Assembly: GCF_001194135.2 (NCBI RefSeq)
Contig: NC_068981.1
Location: forward strand, 130,865,059-130,899,479
From: Octopus bimaculoides
Lineage: Eukaryota
DNA length: 34,421 bases
Reading direction: 5' to 3'
The notes under the pieces are model-generated. The model was not told the origin of the DNA, ran no database searches, and was given only the letters and a program-made list of their open reading frames with translations. The translations under genes and the position numbers were made by a program. How positions within the stretch are numbered: the stretch's first letter is position 1; each line of letters starts with the position of its first letter. Below are positions 10,739 to 21,501 of the stretch, in pieces.

Positions 10739-11897
10739 TTGGGTTGGCAACTAAGTTCCCGCGGTTTTTTTAAATTTTGGAATTTATTGTGTTTTTAAAT
10801 TTTGGAATATATTTGTTTCAAGAATTCTATTTTTGAATCATTTTGCAATCTATTTTGTATTTTTTCTAGTTAATTTTAGTTAATTTTTGTTTATTTTCAG
10901 ATCATTAAAATGAAATGTTAAGTTAAGAAAAACGAGCATTTTCGACATCTCCTTTTTGCTTTTAATCAAGGCTCTAAGGCCGCAAAAGCTGCTCACGACA
11001 TTTGTGCTGTGTATGGAGAGGGTGCCATAGCTGAAAGAACCGCTCGTGATTGATATGTTAAGTTTTAAAATAGAAATTTTGGCCTCACAGACGCACTTCG
11101 TTCTGGCCGTCCAGTTAAGTTCGGTGATGAGCGATTAAACCAACTTTTGCACGAAAATTCTCNNNNNNNNNNNNNNNNNNNNNNNNNNNNNNNNNNNNNN
11201 NNNNNNNNNNNNNNNNNNNNNNNNNNNNNNNNNNNNNNNNNNNNNNNNNNNNNNNNNNNNNNNNNNNNNNNNNNNNNNNNNNNNNNNNNNNNNNNNNNNN
11301 NNNNNNNNNNNNNNNNNNNNNNNNNNNNNNNNNNNNNNNNNNNNNNNNNNNNNNNNNNNNNNNNNNNNNNNNNNNNNNNNNNNNNNNNNNNNNNNNNNNN
11401 NNNNNNNNNNNNNNNNNNNNNNNNNNNNNNNNNNGGAACTCTATGTTCAACAGATGGAACAACTCAACACGGCTATTCAAGACAAAAGACCTAATCGTCA
11501 GCATGGAGTTCTTCGGCTGCACGACATTTACCGTCCTCATATCGCCAATATGACCAAGGAAGCCATTCAAATGCATGGCTGGGAAGTGTTACCACACTCG
11601 CTGTACTCTCCTGATTTGGTACCAACGGATTTCCACCTCTTTCGATCTCTTTCAAATGCTACGTGCGGAGTTTCGTTAAAATACTGATGCAGAATTGAGA
11701 GCTTGGTTGGATCAATTTTTCAAGTCGAAATCGGGTGATTTCTACCAACGAGGTATTGACAATCTTGTTGAACGTTGGGAAAAAGTTGCAAACAACAAGG
11801 GTGAATACATTATTGATTAATTAGTTGTTATTTTTTATTAAACATTTAAAAAAAATTTTAATTTAGAAAAACGGCGGGAACATAGTTGCCAACCTAA
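10739..11897 (+). mobile_element. mariner (Tc1/mariner, D,D34D) transposon with both TIRs and TA TSDs
   Basis: Left end TA|TTGGGTTGGCAACTAAGTTCCCGCGGTTTT. Right end reverse-complements to TTAGGTTGGCAACTATGTTCCCGCCGTTTT, followed by TA at 11898-11899. N-gap at 11163-11434. Confidence 0.95.
10910..11820 (+). pseudogene. mariner transposase pseudogene
   Basis: MKC*VKKNEHFRHLLFAFNQGSKAAKAAHDICAVYGEGAIAERTARD*YVKF*...RSGRP (HTH region with 3 stops); LHDIYRPH (HDNARPH); YSPDLVPTDFHLF (YSPDLAPSD motif); after a frameshift, FYQRGIDNLVERWEKVANNKGEYIID*. Confidence 0.92.
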
Positions 11898-11899
11898 TA

Positions 11900-13010
11900 T
11901 GTATTACATGATTAGTTCATGAACTGTCTGGGAAATGTTAGGTGATGAGATTTGTTTATGTAAAGTTGTTTCAGAGGACGGCTTTAGTTATCTGTATAGA
12001 TGTTTTGCATAGGCCAGAAGTAAAACACTTTTGATGCTATGGATAGTGAGCGGCGCAAAAGTGGTAAAGCTTTCGTCCATTAACTGACTCGAAGCATATG
12101 TGGATGTTTTGAAATGGCTTTGATTAGGCAGTAACCGGACGATCTGAAAAATACAAAGATGGTGGTAGTTTGGTAACGGTATGGTCAGGAAGTAAGAGAA
12201 AGATCAATAGTGATTGAAAACGGTTGAGATCAAGAGAGCACTAACACATATGGATGGAGATACTAAACTACTGCAAAGACGATAAGATAATAAAAGACTT
12301 TGTTCATGCGCCAACAATATTAGTGTGGAAGGAGAGCGAGAACCAAGAGAAATTGTAGATATTGAAGTGACTTTAGATGATGACTTCAAAGAGGAAGTGG
12401 TGTGAGATAGGTGTCCACGGCACAGGTCGGAAGTCAAATATTTAAAGGTATTTAAAAGAGTTTGAAGACTGGTAGAGTCAAGAAACACATTTAGAGAAAC
12501 GAGAAAGAAACACTTCAAATCAAAGTAAATAGAGGTCTTTGTCACTTGTTTAGCTGAAAGAGGTGAGCAGTCGGGAGAGTGGATTGTGCATGCATACTGA
12601 ATAGACATTAATCTTTGTTAACCCTCGCAAATAAATATCTGTTTCTCTTGCGGTCGTTTCCGGGGTTATTTAATTTTTCCCGAGCAAAAACTGCAGCTTC
12701 GTGTTATATAAAAATTTTATTCTTGCCGTAGCTGTTTCTGTTCCATAATTCGAATTTTATTCTGCTTGTACGGTGTCATTGCAAACCAGCGTATTGTTTA
12801 TATACTGTCTCTCTGTCTTTATAAACTTCAGACGGGCTGATTCGATCTCGTTTCGGAAGTGACACGAGTACGTGACACTGATAAGCTTCACAACGGCGAA
12901 ATACCTTTCTGTCACTCTTGTGATCGCTTCCGGGGTGATTTCATTTCGCCGAGTCCTGACGGGTGTTTTACGAAAAACTGCAGCCCTGACTTTTCAAAGA
13001 TACACCTAGG
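11900..13010. mobile_element. Possible Penelope-like element remnant (270-bp pseudo-LTR-like repeat, hammerhead-like motif, Ser/Leu/Thr-rich minus-strand frame)
   Basis: Direct repeat 12638-12697 vs 12908-12984, hammerhead-like core at 12872-12915, and ORF 12204-12608(-). No RT or GIY-YIG motif seen, so the class is inferred. Confidence 0.35.
12872..12915 (+). ncRNA. Degenerate minimal type I hammerhead ribozyme-like motif
   Basis: Stem I GTGACA (12872-77) / TGTCAC (12910-15); core CTGATAA (12878-84; consensus CUGANGA); stem II G-C, C-G, U-G (12885-87 / 12895-97); GAAA (12898-901); 6-nt loop; UC cleavage site (12908-09). Confidence 0.5.
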
Positions 13011-13807
13011 CTAAGTATGTTATACAGATAAAGATATTAATCTCTTGATTTAAACTGCTATTTAGTTGGAATATACCAAAGGTGTAACTAGAAGCCGAGC
13101 ACAGTTACCCAAAGGGAGCAACTGCACACATACTTGAGAATATTCATTAAAAGCAGCGCCTTTTTACAGGTTTCTTAACTCATTAATTCCTTGTTTATTG
13201 ATTTTATTGTAATTTTTGTTTTTACACTTTATTACATGGCTTTGAGATTCATTACTTTTTCGACCGACCTCCCAATTTTGAGCAGTACATTCATTTTCCA
13301 GTGATCCATTGGTGGCCATTCATCAGGGTAGCGAAACAAGGCGTCACATCATAACATGCTTCCTAATGCTGGATGGCACAGCAGGCTTTCATCTTTTTCA
13401 TGTCACAGCTTACATCCCCAGATATATCTAATTTTCAGACACAATGACACTATTACTGAAACGTGAAATTTATGAATAGAGAACAACAAGAATATATATT
13501 ATTGCTAATGGAATATTTCACGTAATATAAGAGAAATGAGCATGCATTTAAGCAACTCGTTTGTTGATAACCGAAAGTCAAGGATGAAGCATGGATCGTT
13601 GCTCTAAATCAAATTATTATAATATATTCTTGTCACGCGCTATTACTGTCTGCTGCGACGTAAACAATCATGTAATTGCTTCATAGGTTTCTGGTATTAC
13701 ACAGTCATCTCAAAACAGTAGCATAGAATTTATTTGAAGGCTACTGCCTGCTATATACTGCAAAGGCAAGTTTAAATGACTTATTCATCTGATTACGGAG
13801 GGAGTTA

Positions 13808-14157
13808 CAATAATCTCTCGCTATATCGCAGTTCACCTATCGCGCACTCAGTACATCGCGGTTCACCTATCGCGCACTCAGTGCATCGCGGTTCACCTAT
13901 CGCGCACTCAGTACATCGCAGTTCACCTATCGCGCACTCAGTGCATCGCGGTTCACCTATCGCGCACTCAGTACATCGCGGTTCACCTATCGCGCATAGA
14001 GTACGGATTTTTCTGGTTAATATATGTAAATTTATATCGTGGAGTCCTCAGTATATCGCGGGTCTCAGCAACCGATAGGTATTTATATTTTTTAGATTTT
14101 AATTATTTCTATGGGAGGTTTTGGAACGTAACACAAACGATAGTCGAGGGATTACTG
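13808..14157. mobile_element. pogo/Tigger-type MITE with TA TSDs
   Basis: TA|CAATAATCTCTCGCTATATCGC at the left end; the right end reverse-complements to CAGTAATCCCTCGACTATCG, followed by TA at 14158-14159. No coding capacity. Confidence 0.85.
13831..13996 (+). repeat. Minisatellite of 5.5 x 30 bp (GTTCACCTATCGCGCACTCAGTRCATCGCR) inside the MITE
   Basis: Units start at 13831, 13861, 13891, 13921, 13951 and 13981 (partial). Confidence 0.97.
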
Positions 14158-15022
14158 TATATCATATATATTGCTAAGGGTACACACACACACACATACA
14201 CACACACACACACACATACACACACACACATTTATAAAAACTAGGAAGAAGAAACTATTTGGGCGGGACAGAAAGAAGAAGAAATAAGTTGTAAACTGAA
14301 AAAAAGAATCGGCAAAACAGATCGGGCGTCACATTTTCGTTTGACAGGCACACGACGTCCATTGCGCTAGAGTTAATTTCTCTGAAGATTCGTTAATTAC
14401 TTGCAGCTCAAAAAATAGAGACAGTGTACAGGCTGTTAATGTTGGATCTGATGTGAAACTCTCTGAGGGCTTACTAATATTTAGTTTCGATCTGGCTGCT
14501 GCAGTAGCTAAATAGGTGGAACCACAAGAAGTCTCCAAGACATTTCTGTGTTCGAGTCCCAGGACTCAAAGGTCATGTTACACGGTTTCTATGGCATATA
14601 AATAGCCGAAATCACAATATCATCTCCCGCTCCTGATCGAGACGCTAGTCCTTTGCAGGGTTACTCATTTATAGTTGAATGGATGGGAGCAACGTGAAAT
14701 GAAATATTCTGCTGTGATCACTTTTGAAAACTATCTCATACAGAGGAGAGTAAGACGTTGCGCAATTATTTGAAAATGACATACCTAACAAATACTCACA
14801 AGTTTTGTGAAAACATCTTTCACACCTAATCTGGTATGTACACTTCTTGAGTAAGGTTTTTGTCAGTTTTTCTTAAAAGTAATTTTGAAAATCTTCCAAA
14901 ATATGAAAGCGGACATCGTTTCAGTATGGTTTTTGATGCAAAAAATAGAATAAATAAATGAAGATAACGCAAACTAACAAAAAATGAAAATATTGTTATG
15001 AAATAGGGTCGACACTATGCTG

Positions 15023-15237
15023 TTTTTTTTATTTGTTTCAATCGTTAGACTGAAACCATACTGGAGACCCGCCTTGAAATTTTAGTCGAGCGAATTGACT
15101 CCAATACGTTTTTCTTAAGCCTTGTCCTTATTCTATCGATCTCGTTTGCCGAACCGCTAGGTTATGGGGACGTAAAAACACCAAAACAGGTCATCAAGCG
15201 GTGGTGAGGGACACAGACAGAAGCACACGCGCGCGCG

Positions 15238-15315
<78 letters not shown>

Positions 15316-15460
15316 TAGAACGGGCTTCTTTCAATTTCCGTCCACCAAATCCACTCACAAGGCTTTGGTCGGCCCGAGGCTATAGTAGGAGACACATACC
15401 TAAGGTGCCAAGCAGTAGGACTGAACCCAGGACCATATGATTGAGAATCATGCTATTTTT
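15023..15460 (-). mobile_element. SINE family B, near complete, with internal (CG)(CA)(TA) microsatellite
   Basis: Tail at 15023-15205, microsatellite at 15225-15317, and 5' half cgggcttctttcaatttccgtccaccaaatccactcacaaggctttggtcggcccgaggctatagtag...ggactgaacccaggacc. Confidence 0.9.
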
Positions 15461-16154
15461 ACAAATCGGTTGGTTGGTTGAATTCAGCAAAACAGCTAGT
15501 GAATTGTATCTGCGATTTGCTTTCGACTCCTGCTTCAAACTACTCTCATCATATTCACGACACTGGCGTATGTTATTTATCCTTCCGCAAGTATATTCCG
15601 ATTTTATGTCTACGTCAGGTGGGCTTTTTTTCTGATTGTATACTGTGACATTTTAACGAACCATGGCCTTCGACATTCACAACAAACATTGAATGCAAAG
15701 CCGAGTCGATAAACATTCGTTTTCTTATATTTTAATGAAGTATAAAACCCACAATCAAAGAAATCTTAGCTCGTATCGGTATTTAAAGCAAAGAGAAATG
15801 CAATTGGGAAACCAGCAATCACTATAAAAATTCGCTAATCGTGCAGAGAATGTGATTAAAATATATTGTCTAGGTAATGTAACAATTTGGGAAGAATTAT
15901 TGTAAATACAGTTTATGTTAGAGCTGCAGACAGATTATTCACCTAGAAACGTCATTTGAATAAGCACGTGTAATTATTTATAACCAGAATAAGAATGATG
16001 TAATAAGTATTCGAGAGAGCTACAGTTTCATGGTAAGATTATATACATATCAATTAAATCAGGCTAGAGAGAAGAGAGTTATATTCTAGCTTGTTTTATT
16101 CTATGATAGTTTTATACGTAGCAAAATAATTCTATCATGATTGTATTATAATGT

Positions 16155-16735
16155 TATGCGAAATCTGTTCAAAACAAACAACTGAACTTTAAAAAGAAAA
16201 CATTTATTGCTTTACTTACATTTAATCAGACTTGTCTCCTTCAAAATAGTTACCTTTACTGCTGACACATCTCTTCCAATGCCTTTTCCAGTCTTTGGAA
16301 CTCATCCAGGAACGTGACTTTTCTTTGCATTTCTCGATCATTTGAAATCAGTGATCTTTCAGTATGGATTTCTACTTTGGGGAAGAGAGGAATTTTGCAG
16401 GAGCTAAATTTGGAAAGAAGGGCAGCTGGGGAGACGATAGTTAAAGTTTTTCCGAAAATTCGCAGATAAAGAGAAACGTGCTAACAGACGAGTTATCCTG
16501 ATATAGCAAAGAGGTTTGTCTCCACATTGAAATCCTCCACGTAAAACACTTAACCGATCCTCTGACTACGTGGTAAAACCTCATGGTGAACAAAGCCCTT
16601 CCAATAAAAATAGAGGATCAAAATGACATATAAGCGACTAAAACGCATTTCTTTTAATCCGAGGTGACACCTTTTTAGCTTCGATATCGCAGCTATACAC
16701 ATATGCTTCATAACCTGTTGCGTCAGCATTCAACC
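16155..16735 (-). mobile_element. Second mariner remnant (catalytic domain to C-terminus), a different lineage from 10739-11897
   Basis: Minus strand: TGYEAYVYSCDIEAK (TGDETWVYGYD), QDNSS (HDNA), PQLPFFPNLAPAKFL (PPYSPDLAPxDFFL), FQDWKRHWKRCVSSKGNYFEGDK*. A TIR-like tatgcgaaatctgttcaaaa lies at ~16155. Confidence 0.8.
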
Positions 16736-17436
16736 AATCAAATAGCTGACTGTGACAGGGTTCTCTTTTTGATAACTATTAGATACAACACAAATTTTGC
16801 AGTTTGCTTTTTCTCTTCAAATTATGTGGCAGCATGAACTTTTGCATGTGCTTAGATCTCCAGAAACTTCATGGACAGTCAGGCGATGATTTTCATGGAT
16901 CAGAACACGTAGTCAATAATTTTCAATGTACAAATTGTATAGAAAAAGAAGTCCTTTATTTTCCTACATCTATTAGCGAAAGACAGTGTTCGTAAATGTT
17001 TGAGAATACGGAACTTGTAACACACGCACACAGTGTTACAATTACCCCATATGAGAAATTGTTAGTTGCATGTTGGAGAAATCCATGTAGTCAGTAAACA
17101 GACGGATATTGGAACGATAAACTTGCCTTCTTGTCACTCGACCGATTATCTACTTGACATTGGATGACTAGGGTTAAACAAAAACGACGACCACGACGAC
17201 ATTAACTACGACAACGACGAAACGAAATATTCATGAAAGCAGGTTTTACGCATACTGTATTCAAAAGATGTCGGGTCTACTAATATCCGGCGTGGTTATC
17301 ATGGAACGAATTGTATAAGAGAAGTTGTTGTTTCGCCCCAAATCAGTCCCGATCGTGCAAACCTGTGAGGAAACGAATTCCAACTATGCACATCGGAGCC
17401 TTATGCATATGTACAACTTCGTTTATAATGAAACCT

Positions 17437-17488
17437 TAATAAAGACGGTAGGATGTGATTTGAGAGTGATTTGGTTGCTATTTCTAGC
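17437..17488 (-). repeat. Dispersed monomer fragment of the ~170-bp repeat found in tandem at 33.8-34.3 kb
   Basis: Reverse complement gctagaaatagcaaccaaatcactctcaaatcacatcctaccgtctttatta aligns with gctagaaatagcagacaaacctcattcaat...actgtcttaaaaa. Confidence 0.75.
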
Positions 17489-18091
17489 CGATCAAAGCCA
17501 TGTTACAGGCTTCCATGCTGGATCGCAAATTTCTATTCTTACTTAACTCTTCTCGCTTCACCTGTATAAACATCTGGCAAGTGTAACCGTAAATATTGTC
17601 TAGAATCTTTTCTTGCAATAAACCTGACTCACCAAAATGTAAGTATTAATGTTTATTAATGAAATTACATTTTCTTTTTTGACGCGAAGACTACACTGAA
17701 AATTGACATGACGAAATCAAGACAAGTTGTTTACACAGTATTTACAAAGTTTCTTCCTGTCACTGAAAGTACCGAGTCACAGACATGTCGTGACAATGTT
17801 TTGACTAATTTACATATAGAAAATCAAAGTTATTGAGATTATGACAAACGATTCAGAATTATTGTGTCTGAGGCGTCATGAAAGGCTCGCTGCTATTCAT
17901 AAACATTAAATCGGAAGATTTAAATAACTGTCATGAGACATTATCTGACAGTCTGGCTTCTAATGTCTTGAAACCAATCAAATAATAAATAACTCCTTTG
18001 TAGAGAACATAGTTAGTTCAGGCGATTGATACACTGTCAGTCTCCAGTCTGAAACAGCTGACAGTTCATACCCTAGTACACGTACTGCATT

Positions 18092-18268
18092 CAGGGCCAT
18101 CTTAACAACATTGTAGGCCACCCATTCCGCCGGGAAATTAAAGCTCTATGCCCTTTAGTACTTATTTAAAGACAGCATGTTACAGCACAAATAGATTACA
18201 GTCGGGCCCCTAGATCCATGAAACCTCCGGGCAAATGCACAATGTCCTCAGGCCTTAAAACGGCAATG
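18092..18268. mobile_element. hAT-type MITE (177 bp)
   Basis: TIRs CAGGGCCATCTTAA and (reverse complement) CATTGCCGTTTTAA; 8-bp flanks ACTGCATT / ACTGCACC (6/8 identical), consistent with a decayed hAT TSD. Confidence 0.7.
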
Positions 18269-18462
18269 ACTGCACCATTGGTATTATCAACTTTTAACGG
18301 CTCAGTACATCTTGACGCAAATAGGTATAATAGATAGTAGTAGGTCTACTCTGTTAGATCCAAAGCTTTGGATAAATATATCCTTCAATGACACTAGAGA
18401 GGTCAGCCGTTCTATTGCTTGTGTTCAAATTTTCAAGCCTTGCATAAATGATATAGTTCAAC

Positions 18463-18685
18463 TTTTATCTTTTACTTGTTTTAGTCATTAAACAGAGGGG
18501 TATCGGTTTGAAGGGTTCGGCAGGCTTTTTAAAATTTCTGTCTACCAAATCCACTCATAAGGTTTTGGTCAGTCCGGAACTATAGTAGAAGATACTTGTC
18601 CCAAGTGCCTCGCAATGAGACTAGACCCGGAACCATGTAATTCAGAAGCAAATTTACCACATACGAGCCACACCTGCGCCTATAT
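18463..18685 (-). mobile_element. SINE family B, internally deleted (tail joined to 5' half, no microsatellite)
   Basis: ttttatcttttacttgttttagtcatt...ttctgtctaccaaatccactcataagg...gagccacacctgcgcctata. Confidence 0.8.
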
Positions 18686-19050
18686 TTACACCTGCTCCTA
18701 TATTCACACCTGCGGTTATGGCAGCCACTCTTGCGCCTTTAGCAAGCCCATATTCGTACACATTATGCAATTCAATGTTTTATCAACTCAGTCATCAGTT
18801 GAATGGTTCTCCTTGGCGTACCGCAACGTATTTGTGCGTCGCAAGGGGTACCTAAAAATACTTTTGATTTTCAAAAATATGACTAAAGGATTTATTAAAT
18901 ACATAACGTTTAAGCGTCTTGAAAAACTTGTTATTCACAATATTGTTACATGTAACTACGGTTAATTGTTTTTGATTTAGGGGACAAGGCCAACATTTTT
19001 GAAGAGAGGAGTAGTAGTCGGGAGGGCTGCTATTTTATTTTCTCGACCTC

Positions 19051-19392
19051 AGGAAGGCGGAGAGTTAACACTCCGGGCGAAATGCTTAGCGGTATTTCGT
19101 CTGCCGCTACGTTCTGAGTTCAAATTCCGCCGAGGTCGGCTTTGCCTTTCATCCTTTTGGGGTCGATTAAATAAGTACCAGTTACGTACGGGGTCGATAT
19201 ATATAATCGACTTAATCCGTTTGTCTCTCCTTGTTTGTCCCCTCTGTGTGTAGCCCCATGTGGGCAATAAAGAAATAAGAAACGTTAGCACGCCGGACAA
19301 AATGCTTAGCGGCAATTCTTCCGGTTTTATGTCAAGACTTTATTTTTCCTTTTTTCAGCGAAATAAGCACTGGGCTACATGTAATCGACTCG
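19051..19392 (+). mobile_element. SINE family A (A2 tail) joined head-to-tail to a second, 5'-clipped A copy
   Basis: Copy 19051-19280 with B-box GAGTTCAAATTCC and tail ...gtgggcaataaagaaata, followed immediately by agaaacgttagcacgccggacaaaatgcttagcgg. Confidence 0.9.
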
Positions 19393-19414
19393 TCAGGCTT
19401 GATGGTTATAAGAG

Positions 19415-19552
19415 TAGAAAGAATGTTATCGACCTCACAGAGATGAAAGACAAAGTTAACTTCGCTGGAATTTGAACTCAGAACGTGAAGAACCAAAACA
19501 AATATTGTACAGCAAGTGTGCCGACGCTGTAACGATTCTGCCAGGTTGTCAT
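19415..19552 (-). mobile_element. SINE family A, degenerate
   Basis: ttatcgacc...gatgaaagacaaagtt...ggaatttgaactcagaacgt...taacgattctgccag. Confidence 0.75.
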
Positions 19553-19559
19553 AATATAT

Positions 19560-19893
19560 TTTTATCGTTTACTTCTTACTTATTTAGTCATTTGATTGCA
19601 GCCATGCTGGGGCATCGCCTTGAAGGGTTTTTTAATCGAACAAATCGAACCTAGCCGAACTGCTAAGCTACAGAGATGTAAACACACCAACAACGGTTGT
19701 CAAGCGATGGTGACGGGGAACAAACACTGACACAACGATACACACACCCACACACACACCCACACACACACCCACACACACACACACACATGTATATATA
19801 CATACGACGGGTTTCTTTTAGTTTTCGTGTACCAAATCCACTCGCAAGGCTTTGGTTGGCCCAAGGCTATAGGAGAAGACACTCGCCCAAGCA
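19560..19893 (-). mobile_element. SINE family B with internal (CA)n; head missing
   Basis: Tail, microsatellite at 19739-19803, then cgacgggtttctttta...ctataggagaagacactcgcccaag. Confidence 0.88.
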
Positions 19894-20235
19894 ATTGTGA
19901 TTAATAAAACAAAGTAGGTAACNNNNNNNNNNNNNNNNNNNNNNNNNNNNNNNNNNNNNNNNNNNNNNNNNNNNNNNNNNNNNNNNNNNNNNNNNNNNNN
20001 NNNNNNNNNNNNNNNNNNNNNNNNNNNNNNNNNNNNNNNNNNNNNNNNNNNNNNNNNNNNNNNNNNNNNNNNNNNNNNNNNNNNNNNNNNNNNNNNNNNN
20101 NNNNNNNNNNNNNNNNNNNNNNNNNNNNNNNNNNNNNNNNNNNNNNNNNNNNNNNNNNNNNNNNNNNNNNNNNNNNNNNNNNNNNNNNNNNNNNNNNNNN
20201 NNNNATAATACTCATTTTGATGGGTTGGCAGAGTC

Positions 20236-20452
20236 AAGGAAGCGAGCTGGCAGAACCGTTAGCACGCCGAGCAAAATGCTTAGCGACATTTCGTCCATCT
20301 TCACGTTCTGAGTTCAAATTCCGCCGAGGTCGACTTTACCTTTCATCCCTTTCGAGATCGATAAAATAGGTACCAGTTGAGTTCTGGGGTTAATGTAATC
20401 GACTTACCCTTTCACTCGAATTTGCTGGCCTGTGCCAAAATTTGAAATCGAA
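20236..20452 (+). mobile_element. SINE family A, full length
   Basis: aaggaagcgagctggcagaaccgttagcacgcc...ctgagttcaaattccgccgaggtcgactttacctttcatcc...tgtgccaaaatttgaaa. Confidence 0.92.
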
Positions 20453-20520
20453 ATGTTGAGATAAATGCAATAAAAATCAGCAACATACTTTCAACATTTG
20501 AATGTTGTATGCCCCTTTAT

Positions 20521-20895
20521 CTTTTCTTTATTTTGTTCAGTCATTACACTGCGGTCATGTTGGGGCACTGTCTTGAAGGATTTTTTAATCGAACAAATCT
20601 ATCCTAAGACATTGTTTTAGCCTCCTACTTATTCTAGCGGTCTTTTCTGCCTAACTCCTAAGTTACGTGGACGTAAACACACCAACAACGGTTATCAAAC
20701 ACTGGTGGTTGTGGGTGACAAACACAGTCACAAAGACACCCATATGCAGATATAAATATACGACGGGCTTCTTTCAGTTTCCGTCTACCAAATCAACTCA
20801 CAAGGTTTTGTTCGGCCCGAAGCTATGGAAGAAGAAAATTGCCCAACGTGTCGCGCTTGAACCCGGAACTAAGTAGTTGGGAAGTAAACTTCTTA
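20521..20895 (-). mobile_element. SINE family B whose head is interrupted at TAAGAA
   Basis: Tail and body are present; the head ends at ...gttgggaagtaaacttctta, where an A2 tail begins. Confidence 0.85.
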
Positions 20896-21021
20896 TTTCT
20901 TTTTTGCCCACAAAGGGCTAAACATAGAGGGGACAAACAAAGGGATTAAGTTGATTACATCGACCCCAGTGCGTAACCGGTACTTAATTTATCGACCCCG
21001 AAAGGATGAAAGGCAAAGTCA
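20896..21021 (-). mobile_element. SINE family A2, 3' half, running into N-gap
   Basis: tttcttttttgcccacaaagggctaaacatagaggggacaaac...atcgaccccgaaaggatgaaaggcaaagtc is the reverse complement of the 19135-19275 type. Confidence 0.9.
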
Positions 21022-21501
21022 NNNNNNNNNNNNNNNNNNNNNNNNNNNNNNNNNNNNNNNNNNNNNNNNNNNNNNNNNNNNNNNNNNNNNNNNNNNNNNN
21101 NNNNNNNNNNNNNNNNNNNNNNNNNNNNNNNNNNNNNNNNNNNNNNNNNNNNNNNNNNNNNNNNNNNNNNNNNNNNNNNNNNNNNNNNNNNNNNNNNNNN
21201 NNNNNNNNNNNNNNNNNNNNNNNNNNNNNNNNNNNNNNNNNNNNNNNNNNNNNNNNNNNNNNNNNNNNNNNNNNNNNNNNNNNNNNNNNNNNNNNNNNNN
21301 NNNNNNNNNNNNNNNNNNNNNNNNNNNNNNNNNNNNNNNNNNNNNNNNNNNNNNNNNNNNNNNNNNNNNNNNNNNNNNNNNNNNNNNNNNNNNNNNNNNN
21401 NNNNNNNNNNNNNNNNNNNNNNNNNNNNNNNNNNNNNNNNNNNNNNNNNNNNNNNNNNNNNNNNNNNNNNNNNNNNNNNNNNNNNNNNNNTCGAAGGAAT
21501 T

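Noticed and set aside
13285-13335. Minus-strand CTGATGA...GAAA as a second hammerhead
   Set aside because: No G-C closing pair for stem II and no stem I or UH site. The CTGATGA near 18795(-) also has no downstream GAAA.
13831-13996. 30-bp direct repeats as a CRISPR array
   Set aside because: No spacers, no cas genes, eukaryotic context; it is a head-to-tail minisatellite within a MITE.
14620-14720. Fragment resembling another SINE tail (gacgctagtcc...cagggttac...catttatag)
   Set aside because: Short and degenerate, with no second copy in the window to confirm it.
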